From IMG/VR virus record IMGVR_UViG_3300044609_000721: a stretch of 64,000 nt of DNA; one strand, written 5' to 3'. Shown in pieces: positions 57,726 through 64,000 of the stretch. Origin of the DNA: a virus. Below the pieces are notes generated by a model. That model saw only the letters and a program-made list of their open reading frames with translations. It did not search any database and was not told the DNA's origin. Made by a program: the position numbers and the translations under genes. Position 1 is the first letter of the stretch, and each line of letters begins with the position of its first letter.

Positions 57726-57908
57726 TCACTCGTTTTCTTCATAATCGTATGGAGTCAAATCATCAGGCACATATAAACAATCATCGATCACATACTCATC
57801 CATAATATAATCTACTGTCACACCCATTTGTTCAGCGTACCACGAAACTTTGTGATAGAGGTCTAGATCAATCTCGTAGTATTCTGTTTCGATCATTACC
57901 ATTTCCAT
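57726..57908 (-). CDS. Acidic hypothetical protein (60 aa; start revised)
   Basis: MEMVMIETEYYEIDLDLYHKVSWYAEQMGVTVDYIMDEY... Confidence 0.65.
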   Translation of the reverse strand: MEMVMIETEYYEIDLDLYHKVSWYAEQMGVTVDYIMDEYVIDDCLYVPDDLTPYDYEENE

Positions 57909-57909
57909 G

Positions 57910-58035
57910 TCAATTCTTCTCGGTTTGAGTATAGACTGCGCGGAACAGTTCCGCATCACGTTGAATCAGAAATGCGTTCCATCCGATCATAATGGACAGA
58001 GTGATGATGCCTACACCAAAATACTTAATTCGCAT
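57910..58035 (-). CDS. Small membrane protein (41 aa)
   Basis: Manual translation MRIKYFGVGIITLSIMIGWNAFLIQRDAELFRAVYTQTEKN; start overlaps the upstream stop (TGATG). Confidence 0.7.
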   Translation of the reverse strand: MRIKYFGVGIITLSIMIGWNAFLIQRDAELFRAVYTQTEKN

Positions 58036-58295
58036 CACCATGTACCTCGTTGAACGTGAATGTTACGGATCTGAGTGTAAATGAAATTCTTGAGTTTTGG
58101 ATCTTCAGTGTTATCAAATGCAACATATAGACGATTCAGGTATTCGTCTTGTGTCATACATTTGATAGTCTTTGCCTTGCTAACTCCGATCTCGTTAAGT
58201 GTAGATCCTGCCTGCACTTTGTTCTTGCCGAAGTTACCTGAGACACGACCAGTTGTTCTCAGCTTGGGTTTAATCTTTGAGAGATTAGAGTTCAT
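58035..58295 (-). CDS. Basic hypothetical protein (86 aa)
   Basis: MNSNLSKIKPKLRTTGRVSGNFGKNKV...; coupled to its neighbours. Confidence 0.8.
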   Translation of the reverse strand: MNSNLSKIKPKLRTTGRVSGNFGKNKVQAGSTLNEIGVSKAKTIKCMTQDEYLNRLYVAFDNTEDPKLKNFIYTQIRNIHVQRGTW

Positions 58296-58561
58296 CAGAC
58301 GAGTGCAAGTTTACGGGCAGGTTGAACATGAAACTGGTCATTCTCAAACCAAACTGATGTGTTTGGGGGCATCATCTCATCTACAACAACCCAGGAAGTT
58401 TCACCAAACTCCTTTACAACAACGTAACCGAAAGTGCCTGCGATTGGAAGACAACTAAGACCAGCACGTTCAGCACTACGCTGCGTGTCATGTTTGGTCC
58501 GAGAGTTCCACCAACTCGTTGCGAGTTGTTTATCAGAACCGAATGTGATGAGAGTGTACAT
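58295..58561 (-). CDS. Hypothetical protein (88 aa)
   Basis: Co-oriented and coupled via TGATG. Confidence 0.75.
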   Translation of the reverse strand: MYTLITFGSDKQLATSWWNSRTKHDTQRSAERAGLSCLPIAGTFGYVVVKEFGETSWVVVDEMMPPNTSVWFENDQFHVQPARKLALV

Positions 58562-58591
58562 TTGTTTGGCAGAGTAAGAGTGAATCAGGAA

Positions 58592-58822
58592 TCAGAAGTG
58601 TGCTTCAGACCAGTCAAGTTGTGCAGAGTATTCTGCAATTTTATCGAAACACTTTTTACGGGTTTGTTCATCAGCACCAACAATAAACTCGAAGCAATAC
58701 TTCATCCGTTGCTCGGGATGTGCATTGATTCGATCAATCTCAGCACGTTGCTTTTCACGGTAGGAATTATAAGCAAACATCTCACGATCTTCGATGCTCA
58801 TGTTGTGAAACTGTCGGGTCAT
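58592..58822 (-). CDS. Hypothetical protein (76 aa; start revised)
   Basis: MTRQFHNMSIEDREMFAYNSY...; ATG follows the class A promoter and a GGGAA RBS. Confidence 0.75.
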   Translation of the reverse strand: MTRQFHNMSIEDREMFAYNSYREKQRAEIDRINAHPEQRMKYCFEFIVGADEQTRKKCFDKIAEYSAQLDWSEAHF

Positions 58823-58846
58823 GTGTTCCCTTTGGTTGATGAACTT

Positions 58847-58903
58847 AGTATGGCAGGGATCAGGGGGAAAGTCAAGCGTTTTCTGATCAGTGTTGCTTAT
58901 GAG
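58847..58903 (-). promoter_or_regulatory. Early promoter class A (TTGACT-N17-CATACT) with TCATAAGCAACAC upstream box
   Basis: -10 at 58847-58852, -35 at 58870-58875, box at 58890-58903 (same offset as at 57.6 kb). Confidence 0.8.
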
Positions 58904-58904
58904 T

Positions 58905-59090
58905 CTAACTCTCACCCATAACTTCTCTGCATACCTTAAATTGCTCCCATTCGCTATCATCAAAGTTGTCAGATGCGTATGGGATGCCAACTAGCATGGC
59001 ACAATACCGATCCACATATTCAGGATTTGGGATCATATTTGCCTGCTTGGCTGATAGGATGGCAGCAAGTAAAAACTCTAAAGTCATCAA
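58905..59090 (-). CDS. Hypothetical protein (61 aa)
   Basis: Coupled to the upstream gene via an ATGA overlap. Confidence 0.65.
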   Translation of the reverse strand: MMTLEFLLAAILSAKQANMIPNPEYVDRYCAMLVGIPYASDNFDDSEWEQFKVCREVMGES

Positions 59091-59305
59091 CCACCACCGT
59101 ACACATAGTCTACAATACCAGCAGGATGATTCACACCTTCGATAACAGTGAACTTGCCATACTTATCGAACTCATCAGCATGATATTCACTGAACTTTTC
59201 AATAAAGAACTCACGGGCAGATTCTTTAGACTCAGCAGCAATAACTACCATGCCAGAGGTATAATCAGACAGAACTTCGTTGATGATATACAGATTCATG
59301 ATCAA
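59087..59305 (-). CDS. Hypothetical protein (72 aa)
   Basis: LYIINEVLSDYTSGMVVIAAES...VDYVYGGG. Confidence 0.75.
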   Translation of the reverse strand: MIMNLYIINEVLSDYTSGMVVIAAESKESAREFFIEKFSEYHADEFDKYGKFTVIEGVNHPAGIVDYVYGGG

Positions 59306-59463
59306 GCGTACACAGTGGTGAAAATGATGCCAGTCTCGTTATAACGAAGATCTACGCCACACTGATACTCTTCAGAGAGATCATAGGCGAGATCATATGC
59401 ACGATCCTCGTCTGTGGTAGTGTTCTCCCACGGTGCTGAAGGACAGATGACATCGACTCGCAT
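59302..59463 (-). CDS. Small acidic protein (53 aa)
   Basis: Manual translation MRVDVICPSAPWENTTTDEDRAYDLAYDLSEEYQCGVDLRYNETGIIFTTVYA; first gene after a class B promoter. Confidence 0.8.
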   Translation of the reverse strand: MRVDVICPSAPWENTTTDEDRAYDLAYDLSEEYQCGVDLRYNETGIIFTTVYA

Positions 59464-59488
59464 TTGTTTGATTTCCGATTACTTTGTA

Positions 59489-59547
59489 ATCATAAGGGCC
59501 AGCGGTGCCCTGTGGGGAGAATGGTGGACACTTTGGGCAACTGTCAC
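59489..59547 (-). promoter_or_regulatory. Early promoter class B (-10 TATGAT; palindrome GTGGACACTT-N5-AACTGTCAC 29 nt upstream)
   Basis: -10 at 59489-59494, palindrome at 59524-59547; no recognisable -35. Confidence 0.7.
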
Positions 59548-59718
59548 AGTGGGGAATGATGCTAGGGTCTGGGGTCGCTGCTGATCTCGATTGCGTCTCG
59601 CCTGAGAACCCTTGCCACCACTGGGGTCAAAACCTCAAAAATCTGCAATTCTACAGAGAAGGGGCATCAGGTCATCCCCGACACCCCCGAAACCGAAAAA
59701 ATGAAAAGTGTAAAGAAC

Positions 59719-60951
59719 TCAACGAGTCATGGTAGAGATAGCAGGGAGACCTTGCACAAAGATGCAATCAACAACACCCTGCAATCGTTTGGCAATAGCA
59801 CTACCGTAATTGGTGAACACTGGCACAACTACACTACCAAACTGCTTGCGATAGAGGTGACAAGAACCAGCAGGAATCTTGCCAGAAGCAATATCCTTGG
59901 CATCATCTTTGTCCATACGGATAACACGGCCTACAGTCTGTGCCATCTCGATGATAGGCATCTGACGCAACATGATGCAGGTAGTCAGACCAGGAACGTT
60001 GATACCTTCAGACAGAATGCTATAGTGAAGAAGCACAAATTTCTTGCTAGGATCTTTGCCCCACTCGGTCAGAGTGTCAAAGAACACCTCACGATTCACC
60101 TTGGTACGATTAACATAAGCACCGTGCTTAGATGTAATGTGAAGGATGTTAAATCCACGATCCTCCAACTCTTTCAGGATGTCAGAGTTAGAGAGCATAT
60201 TCCACATCACTTTGGTGCTGGGAGCAGCAACGAGCACCTTAGGATTGTCCTGCTCCAGACTATCGAGAATGTCCACAATCATGTTGCGGTCTGCCTCTGC
60301 AGCAGTGCGTTTGTCACGGGTGATGTCTACTTTGTAGGTCGAGACTTGCGGAGGAATGATGCAACCACCGTCGATCAGTTCCTTAGCACGAACGGACTCA
60401 ATGATCTTGCCGTAGATACCAACGTTGTTCATGCCGTTAGCATTAGGATTGCTGTGATGCTTGGGAGTAGCAGTAAAGAAATACTTGCTATCTGCGGACA
60501 TCGAAGTAGCAGCAACCGCAATGAAGTGATTCTTTTGAGTAGAATTGTGTGCTTCATCGAAGTATGCCACATCGACATTCACACCAGCATCAACAACACG
60601 ACCCAGAGAATTGTAGGTCGTGAAGATGATACGATTAGTGTCCGCATGTTGAGTAACCCAATCCGCAATCTTCTCGGACTTGGTGGAAGAATAGTGATGA
60701 GTTTCACCACTATGAACGTGCAACACATTGGCACTGGTGATAAACTCTAGAAACTCTGCGGAGAGTTGCTCTGCCAGCAGGATTCGGGGTGCTACAACAA
60801 CAGCAACCTGACCAGGATTCTGCACAAAACGTTGCAGCAGATTCATGATCATGATAAGAGTCTTACCACCACCAGTAGGCACAATGATCTGACCGATCTT
60901 GTGCTGATTCATTGCATCGAGAGCACGGGATTGATGGGGACGGAGTTGCAT
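59719..60951 (-). CDS. Superfamily 2 (DExH, ResIII/UvsW-like) helicase/ATPase; start revised to MQLRPHQ
   Basis: Q motif LRPHQ, Walker A VPTGGGKT, Walker B FDEAH, motif III TATP, LSEGINVPGL, motif VI QTVGRVIR; the track start at 60978 falls within the promoter -10. Confidence 0.92.
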   Translation of the reverse strand: MQLRPHQSRALDAMNQHKIGQIIVPTGGGKTLIMIMNLLQRFVQNPGQVAVVVAPRILLAEQLSAEFLEFITSANVLHVHSGETHHYSSTKSEKIADWVTQHADTNRIIFTTYNSLGRVVDAGVNVDVAYFDEAHNSTQKNHFIAVAATSMSADSKYFFTATPKHHSNPNANGMNNVGIYGKIIESVRAKELIDGGCIIPPQVSTYKVDITRDKRTAAEADRNMIVDILDSLEQDNPKVLVAAPSTKVMWNMLSNSDILKELEDRGFNILHITSKHGAYVNRTKVNREVFFDTLTEWGKDPSKKFVLLHYSILSEGINVPGLTTCIMLRQMPIIEMAQTVGRVIRMDKDDAKDIASGKIPAGSCHLYRKQFGSVVVPVFTNYGSAIAKRLQGVVDCIFVQGLPAISTMTR

Positions 60952-60974
60952 AACGAATTGATTGGTATGTGAAT

Positions 60975-61030
60975 ACAATAAAGGATCAAGGGGCAGAAGT
61001 CAACCCCTTGATCCATCAGCGTTGCTTATC
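60975..61030 (-). promoter_or_regulatory. Early promoter class A (TTGACT-N17-TATTGT) with TGATAAGCAACGC box, overlapped by an 11-bp hairpin
   Basis: -10 at 60975-60980, -35 at 60998-61003, box at 61019-61030; GGATCAAGGGG/CCCCTTGATCC at 60983-60993 and 61004-61014. Confidence 0.75.
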
Positions 61031-61304
61031 AGACTGATTCAGTCAACTTATCTTTTAACTTTTGCATCGCACTGTAGGCAGTAGTTTTATTCAGATCAAC
61101 TACACTTCCCACTGTCTTACTATTAACTGGTGCGTGGAATTGTTTGGTCTTGGTGTTGTAGAATCCCCAGATCGACTTAATACCAGAGCACCCACAATAG
61201 TTAAAGTGATTGTCATTAACAATCCAAATTGCACTAATATTAGTCTTAAAATCGGTGCGTTCATAGTGATAACCTTCGGGGGCCTTGTGAAATAACAACT
61301 TCAT
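61029..61304 (-). CDS. Hypothetical protein (91 aa)
   Basis: HKAPEGYHYE...IWI...SIWGFYNTKT..FHAPVNSK..G; coupled to its neighbours. Confidence 0.8.
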   Translation of the reverse strand: MKLLFHKAPEGYHYERTDFKTNISAIWIVNDNHFNYCGCSGIKSIWGFYNTKTKQFHAPVNSKTVGSVVDLNKTTAYSAMQKLKDKLTESV

Positions 61305-61507
61305 GAGATTGCCTTAGGAAGACCTACAACAATGAAGAATGCTAGAAGTGCAACAATGTCCCAACACTTATTCTGAACCATGTAGGGGAGCGCCAGGATG
61401 TTGCCTGCAAGGTATAAACGAGCACCAATCACCTCATCAACATATAAGGTGATTACATATGCGAAACACAGTACAAAACTGGAGATGATTCGTGCTTTGT
61501 CAGTCAT
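61301..61507 (-). CDS. Small multi-pass membrane protein (68 aa)
   Basis: Three hydrophobic segments. Confidence 0.75.
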   Translation of the reverse strand: MTDKARIISSFVLCFAYVITLYVDEVIGARLYLAGNILALPYMVQNKCWDIVALLAFFIVVGLPKAIS

Positions 61508-61677
61508 CGAGTTTGATTGCGATACTTTCGTTTGGTATATTTGCTCACAATGCTATCAATAACAGGATACCATGGTTCTTTCTTGCTAGGGTATCCAAGT
61601 TGCCGTGCTTCAGTGAGCAGCAGCATGATACAATTCTCTTCATCTTGAGTGAGATTGATCTGGTTGATGATAGTCAT
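61504..61677 (-). CDS. Small hypothetical protein (57 aa)
   Basis: Manual translation MTIINQINLTQDEENCIMLLLTEARQLGYPSKKEPWYPVIDSIVSKYTKRKYRNQTR; ATGA overlaps at both ends. Confidence 0.7.
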   Translation of the reverse strand: MTIINQINLTQDEENCIMLLLTEARQLGYPSKKEPWYPVIDSIVSKYTKRKYRNQTR

Positions 61678-61832
61678 TTGATGTTGAGATAGGGTTTGTT
61701 GTTAATCATGTGATCGAGAATCTCACCAATAAATTGTCGGTAAGTCTCGTCATAATTCTTGGAACACTGTTCATACGCATCGTAGAGTTTGGTATAAAGA
61801 GTGTCCCAATGTTGCTGATTGATAACAGTCAT
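61674..61832 (-). CDS. Small hypothetical protein (52 aa)
   Basis: Manual translation MTVINQQHWDTLYTKLYDAYEQCSKNYDETYRQFIGEILDHMINNKPYLNIK. Confidence 0.7.
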   Translation of the reverse strand: MTVINQQHWDTLYTKLYDAYEQCSKNYDETYRQFIGEILDHMINNKPYLNIK

Positions 61833-61838
61833 TTGTTC

Positions 61839-61961
61839 TCAGTTGGATTGATCATCGAAACCGAAGAGATCCCATCCAGACTCTTCATTTTCTGCCTCAA
61901 TCTCCTTCCATTCAGTAATGTCGAAGATTTCACCAGGCATGTCAGCAATTTCGTCCCACAT
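61839..61961 (-). CDS. Small acidic protein (40 aa)
   Basis: Manual translation MWDEIADMPGEIFDITEWKEIEAENEESGWDLFGFDDQSN; first gene after a class A promoter, AGGA RBS. Confidence 0.7.
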   Translation of the reverse strand: MWDEIADMPGEIFDITEWKEIEAENEESGWDLFGFDDQSN

Positions 61962-61986
61962 GTGTGTTCCTTTGTTTGACTCTTAT

Positions 61987-62015
61987 AGTATGGCAGAGGA
62001 AAGGGCAGAAGTCAA
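61987..62015 (-). promoter_or_regulatory. Early promoter class A (TTGACT-N17-CATACT), without the upstream box
   Basis: -10 at 61987-61992, -35 at 62010-62015. Confidence 0.8.
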
Positions 62016-62065
62016 CCCCCTGCCCCATCATCTTATTTTATGAGTTTAATTGTAAATCATAAAGT

Positions 62066-62473
62066 TCACTTATTCATCTGAAGTGTTGGTACAGGCATTC
62101 CACCTTCAGTGGGAACATAGATGGTCACGTTACCTTTGTTCGATCCTTCTTCCAGACCAGTGATATAAAGGTACTGAAGATATTCACGATTATCTTTCAG
62201 TGAGTTGCCGATGATTTGGTTTGCTTTAGCAACACCAGAAGCACGAATCACCTCAGCATCAGCAAGTTGTTGAGCACTATCTTTCTTTGCTTGTGCTTCC
62301 AACACTGCTACCTGACGAGTATATTCTGCTTTCTGAAGTTCTGCTTTACCTTGTAGAGATTGTGCCCACACATTATAGAGAGGACCAACTACAGCATTGA
62401 TGATAAACAGAGAGAGAACAAACGAAACACCAATGATACTAGCATTACGGACAGTGTTATCTTGTTGCATCAT
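62066..62473 (-). CDS. Membrane-anchored protein resembling the SPFH/Band-7 C-terminal coiled coil
   Basis: N-terminal TM helix, then AEY.RQVAVLEAQAK...AEVIRASGVAKANQIIGNSL...YLQYLYI.GL...IYVPTEGGMPV. Confidence 0.75.
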   Translation of the reverse strand: MMQQDNTVRNASIIGVSFVLSLFIINAVVGPLYNVWAQSLQGKAELQKAEYTRQVAVLEAQAKKDSAQQLADAEVIRASGVAKANQIIGNSLKDNREYLQYLYITGLEEGSNKGNVTIYVPTEGGMPVPTLQMNK

Positions 62474-62475
62474 AA

Positions 62476-62634
62476 TCAGTTTGCGGGGAATTGAATGGGT
62501 TGATAGTCATAACCAAATCCTCGGGCAGATTTGGCATTGTTCTTTACAGCCTGACGCAGTTTCTTGCGTTTGTAAAGTTCTTTCTTGATGTGAGCATATT
62601 GCTCATTGGTCATCGGCATGTCTTCAATGTTCAT
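62476..62634 (-). CDS. Small basic protein (52 aa)
   Basis: Manual translation MNIEDMPMTNEQYAHIKKELYKRKKLRQAVKNNAKSARGFGYDYQPIQFPAN. Confidence 0.6.
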   Translation of the reverse strand: MNIEDMPMTNEQYAHIKKELYKRKKLRQAVKNNAKSARGFGYDYQPIQFPAN

Positions 62635-62643
62635 AATTAATTC

Positions 62644-62772
62644 TCAACGACGATAAGGAGAGTTCCAGTACCTACGATAGGCAGTAACCATAATAATAGC
62701 AGTCGAAACCACACCAATAAGACCAAGGAAGGTGGTAGCATCACCAGCGAAAGTGTAAGTGTCAGGGTTCAT
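62644..62772 (-). CDS. Small single-pass membrane protein (42 aa)
   Basis: Manual translation MNPDTYTFAGDATTFLGLIGVVSTAIIMVTAYRRYWNSPYRR. Confidence 0.75.
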   Translation of the reverse strand: MNPDTYTFAGDATTFLGLIGVVSTAIIMVTAYRRYWNSPYRR

Positions 62773-62900
62773 TTTTCAGTCTCCTCAAAGTCTTTAATAA
62801 TTTCATCAATTCGTTTGTTTGCCTGATATGTTTGGAAAATATCAGTCACACAATAACCAAATGCGAACCATGCCGCACCAATAGTAAGAAACGTGAACAT
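62769..62900 (-). CDS. Small membrane-anchored protein (43 aa)
   Basis: Manual translation MFTFLTIGAAWFAFGYCVTDIFQTYQANKRIDEIIKDFEETEK; coupled at both ends. Confidence 0.65.
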   Translation of the reverse strand: MFTFLTIGAAWFAFGYCVTDIFQTYQANKRIDEIIKDFEETEK

Positions 62901-63136
62901 TAGAGTCCTCCTGCTTGATTAACAAAAGATTTAGCATCGCAAACTGTATCGAAGTATGCGATAGTTTCGAGATCAGTAGTAACACCACTGTCTTCAATGG
63001 CAATTCCATTCACTTTACGGAGTTCAAATCCTTCAAGAACACCACCGTAGATCTCACCAATATATTGACCATCTTTGAAGATGTATTCCTGATACTTAGG
63101 ATCAGAATAATTCATCTCGTATTTGATGTCGGGCAT
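62900..63136 (-). CDS. Hypothetical protein (78 aa; start revised)
   Basis: MPDIKYEMNYSDPKYQEYIFKDGQYIGEIYGG...; ATG follows a class B promoter. Confidence 0.7.
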   Translation of the reverse strand: MPDIKYEMNYSDPKYQEYIFKDGQYIGEIYGGVLEGFELRKVNGIAIEDSGVTTDLETIAYFDTVCDAKSFVNQAGGL

Positions 63137-63159
63137 TGCCTTCTCTTGACTACCTTTAT

Positions 63160-63226
63160 AGTATTGCATGGGATCGGGGCGTTTGGGGGGAATGGTGGAC
63201 AGTTTGACCAACTGGCACAGTGTCAC
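63160..63226 (-). promoter_or_regulatory. Early promoter class B (-10 AATACT; palindrome GTGGACAGTT-N5-AACTGGCAC 29 nt upstream)
   Basis: -10 at 63160-63165, palindrome at 63195-63218, extra half-site AGTGTCAC at 63219-63226. Confidence 0.7.
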
Positions 63227-64000
63227 CAGTTCTTAGGGAGAGTGAAATTGTAGAACGAGAACTTTTGCCTCTTGACTAACTTAAATGCACCGTACTGGTT
63301 AGACATAACGAAACCCTCATGGCCAGGTATAACTTCGATGCCAGTATAGACGATCTCAGCAGTAACCTGCTCAACAGATTCCAAACCTTCCATGATCATT
63401 TCCTTTGCTTTGGTGATGAGATTGAACAGCAGCAACAAATTGCCAGAGATACAATCAACAGGACGATTATCACGGATGCACTTATTAATCAGAATCTGCA
63501 GTTTTGCTACTTCTTTTGCATCAGGGTACTTAACAAAATTACTAACCACACTTGCAAGAGCAAGTAGATAGTCAACTCTACGACGACGGGTGCTAACTGT
63601 TGCATCAGTATTTACAAAATAAGTGGACATGAAGTTATGTTTGAGATAGAACGGAACTCCGAAACTTGCTTCCAAAGTCTTCATCGTGTCACCATCATAA
63701 GAAGTATGACAAGCAAACACAATAGAAGCAGAATTGGGAATGGAATCGAAAGTATAAGTGATAGTGTTGGGAGTAAAAGTATTCGTACCACCAAAACCAA
63801 TAAAATCACCTTGATAAACGCCTTCGATCCTCGGGAAAGTTTCGAGACAAGTGTGGAGAATCCCAGCAACTTTAGGGTTCGTGCCGTGATTCTTTTCGAT
63901 GTCGGCATGAGTATAATTGATCTTGACTTTCACCTTGTTGAATACACTTTTAGTACCAACAAAGAACTTACCATTCTCAGGATTCGTGCCCCACACAATA
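63223..64000 (-). CDS. DUF6267-like protein (N-terminus outside window)
   Basis: IVWGTNPENGKFFVGTKSVFNK, GVYQGDFIGF, FTPNTITY, GHEGFV...GAFKLVKRQKFS; the frame is open to the window edge. Confidence 0.7.
   Translation of the reverse strand, partial: IVWGTNPENGKFFVGTKSVFNKVKVKINYTHADIEKNHGTNPKVAGILHTCLETFPRIEGVYQGDFIGFGGTNTFTPNTITYTFDSIPNSASIVFACHTSYDGDTMKTLEASFGVPFYLKHNFMSTYFVNTDATVSTRRRRVDYLLALASVVSNFVKYPDAKEVAKLQILINKCIRDNRPVDCISGNLLLLFNLITKAKEMIMEGLESVEQVTAEIVYTGIEVIPGHEGFVMSNQYGAFKLVKRQKFSFYNFTLPKNW

Noticed and set aside
59701-60750. 349-aa plus-strand ORF
   Set aside because: Exact antisense of the helicase, no recognisable motifs; explained by codon bias on the coding strand.
59719-60978. 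Helicase as a type III restriction subunit
   Set aside because: No PD-(D/E)xK nuclease extension and no neighbouring methyltransferase.
55526-63226. Longer track starts for several early ORFs (55870, 57213, 57364, 57617, 57959, 58990, 60978, 63226)
   Set aside because: They run through promoters or overlap neighbouring genes; downstream ATGs fit the promoter and RBS positions better.
856-63567. Numerous short plus-strand ORFs in the track
   Set aside because: All overlap well-supported minus-strand genes; no plus-strand promoters or coherent plus-strand operon seen.
1-64000. tRNA, rRNA or CRISPR arrays
   Set aside because: No cloverleaf-like or regularly spaced repeat structures recognised by eye; a tRNAscan/Infernal run would be needed to exclude them formally.

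Overview
A 64-kb segment of a T4-like (myovirus) cyanophage genome. Every credible gene lies on the minus strand; plus-strand ORFs are antisense shadows. From ~55.2 kb leftwards is the late structural module. In transcription order it holds small hypotheticals, a 1402-aa virion protein, PAAR, gp25, gp6, a giant 5422-aa gp7, a gp9/10-like protein, a subtilisin (S8) protease, a 702-aa wedge-repeat protein, gp8, a 2420-aa DUF4815/VrlC-like protein, a 1584-aa Mtd_N-type fibre, gp13, gp14, gp15, gp16, gp17, gp18, gp19 and gp20 (truncated). These genes are preceded by T4-type late promoters (nATAAATA/CTAAATA). From ~55.2 kb rightwards is an early/accessory region of tightly packed small ORFs, an SF2 helicase, an SPFH-like protein and two distinct classes of sigma70-type promoters. 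The main observation is a tandem array of five phycobiliprotein (phycocyanin/allophycocyanin beta)-like domains inside baseplate protein gp7 (~31.6-34.2 kb). All five keep the Cys and Asp of the beta82/84 chromophore motif, and four keep a second Cys in a PGDC-type beta153/155 context. This suggests a possibly bilin-chromophorylated, light-absorbing virion; it is an untested inference. Other notable signals are five perfect cyanobacterial-type DnaA boxes (TTTTCCACA) at the early/late junction and a virion-module subtilase. All family assignments come from motif recognition by eye; no database searches were run.
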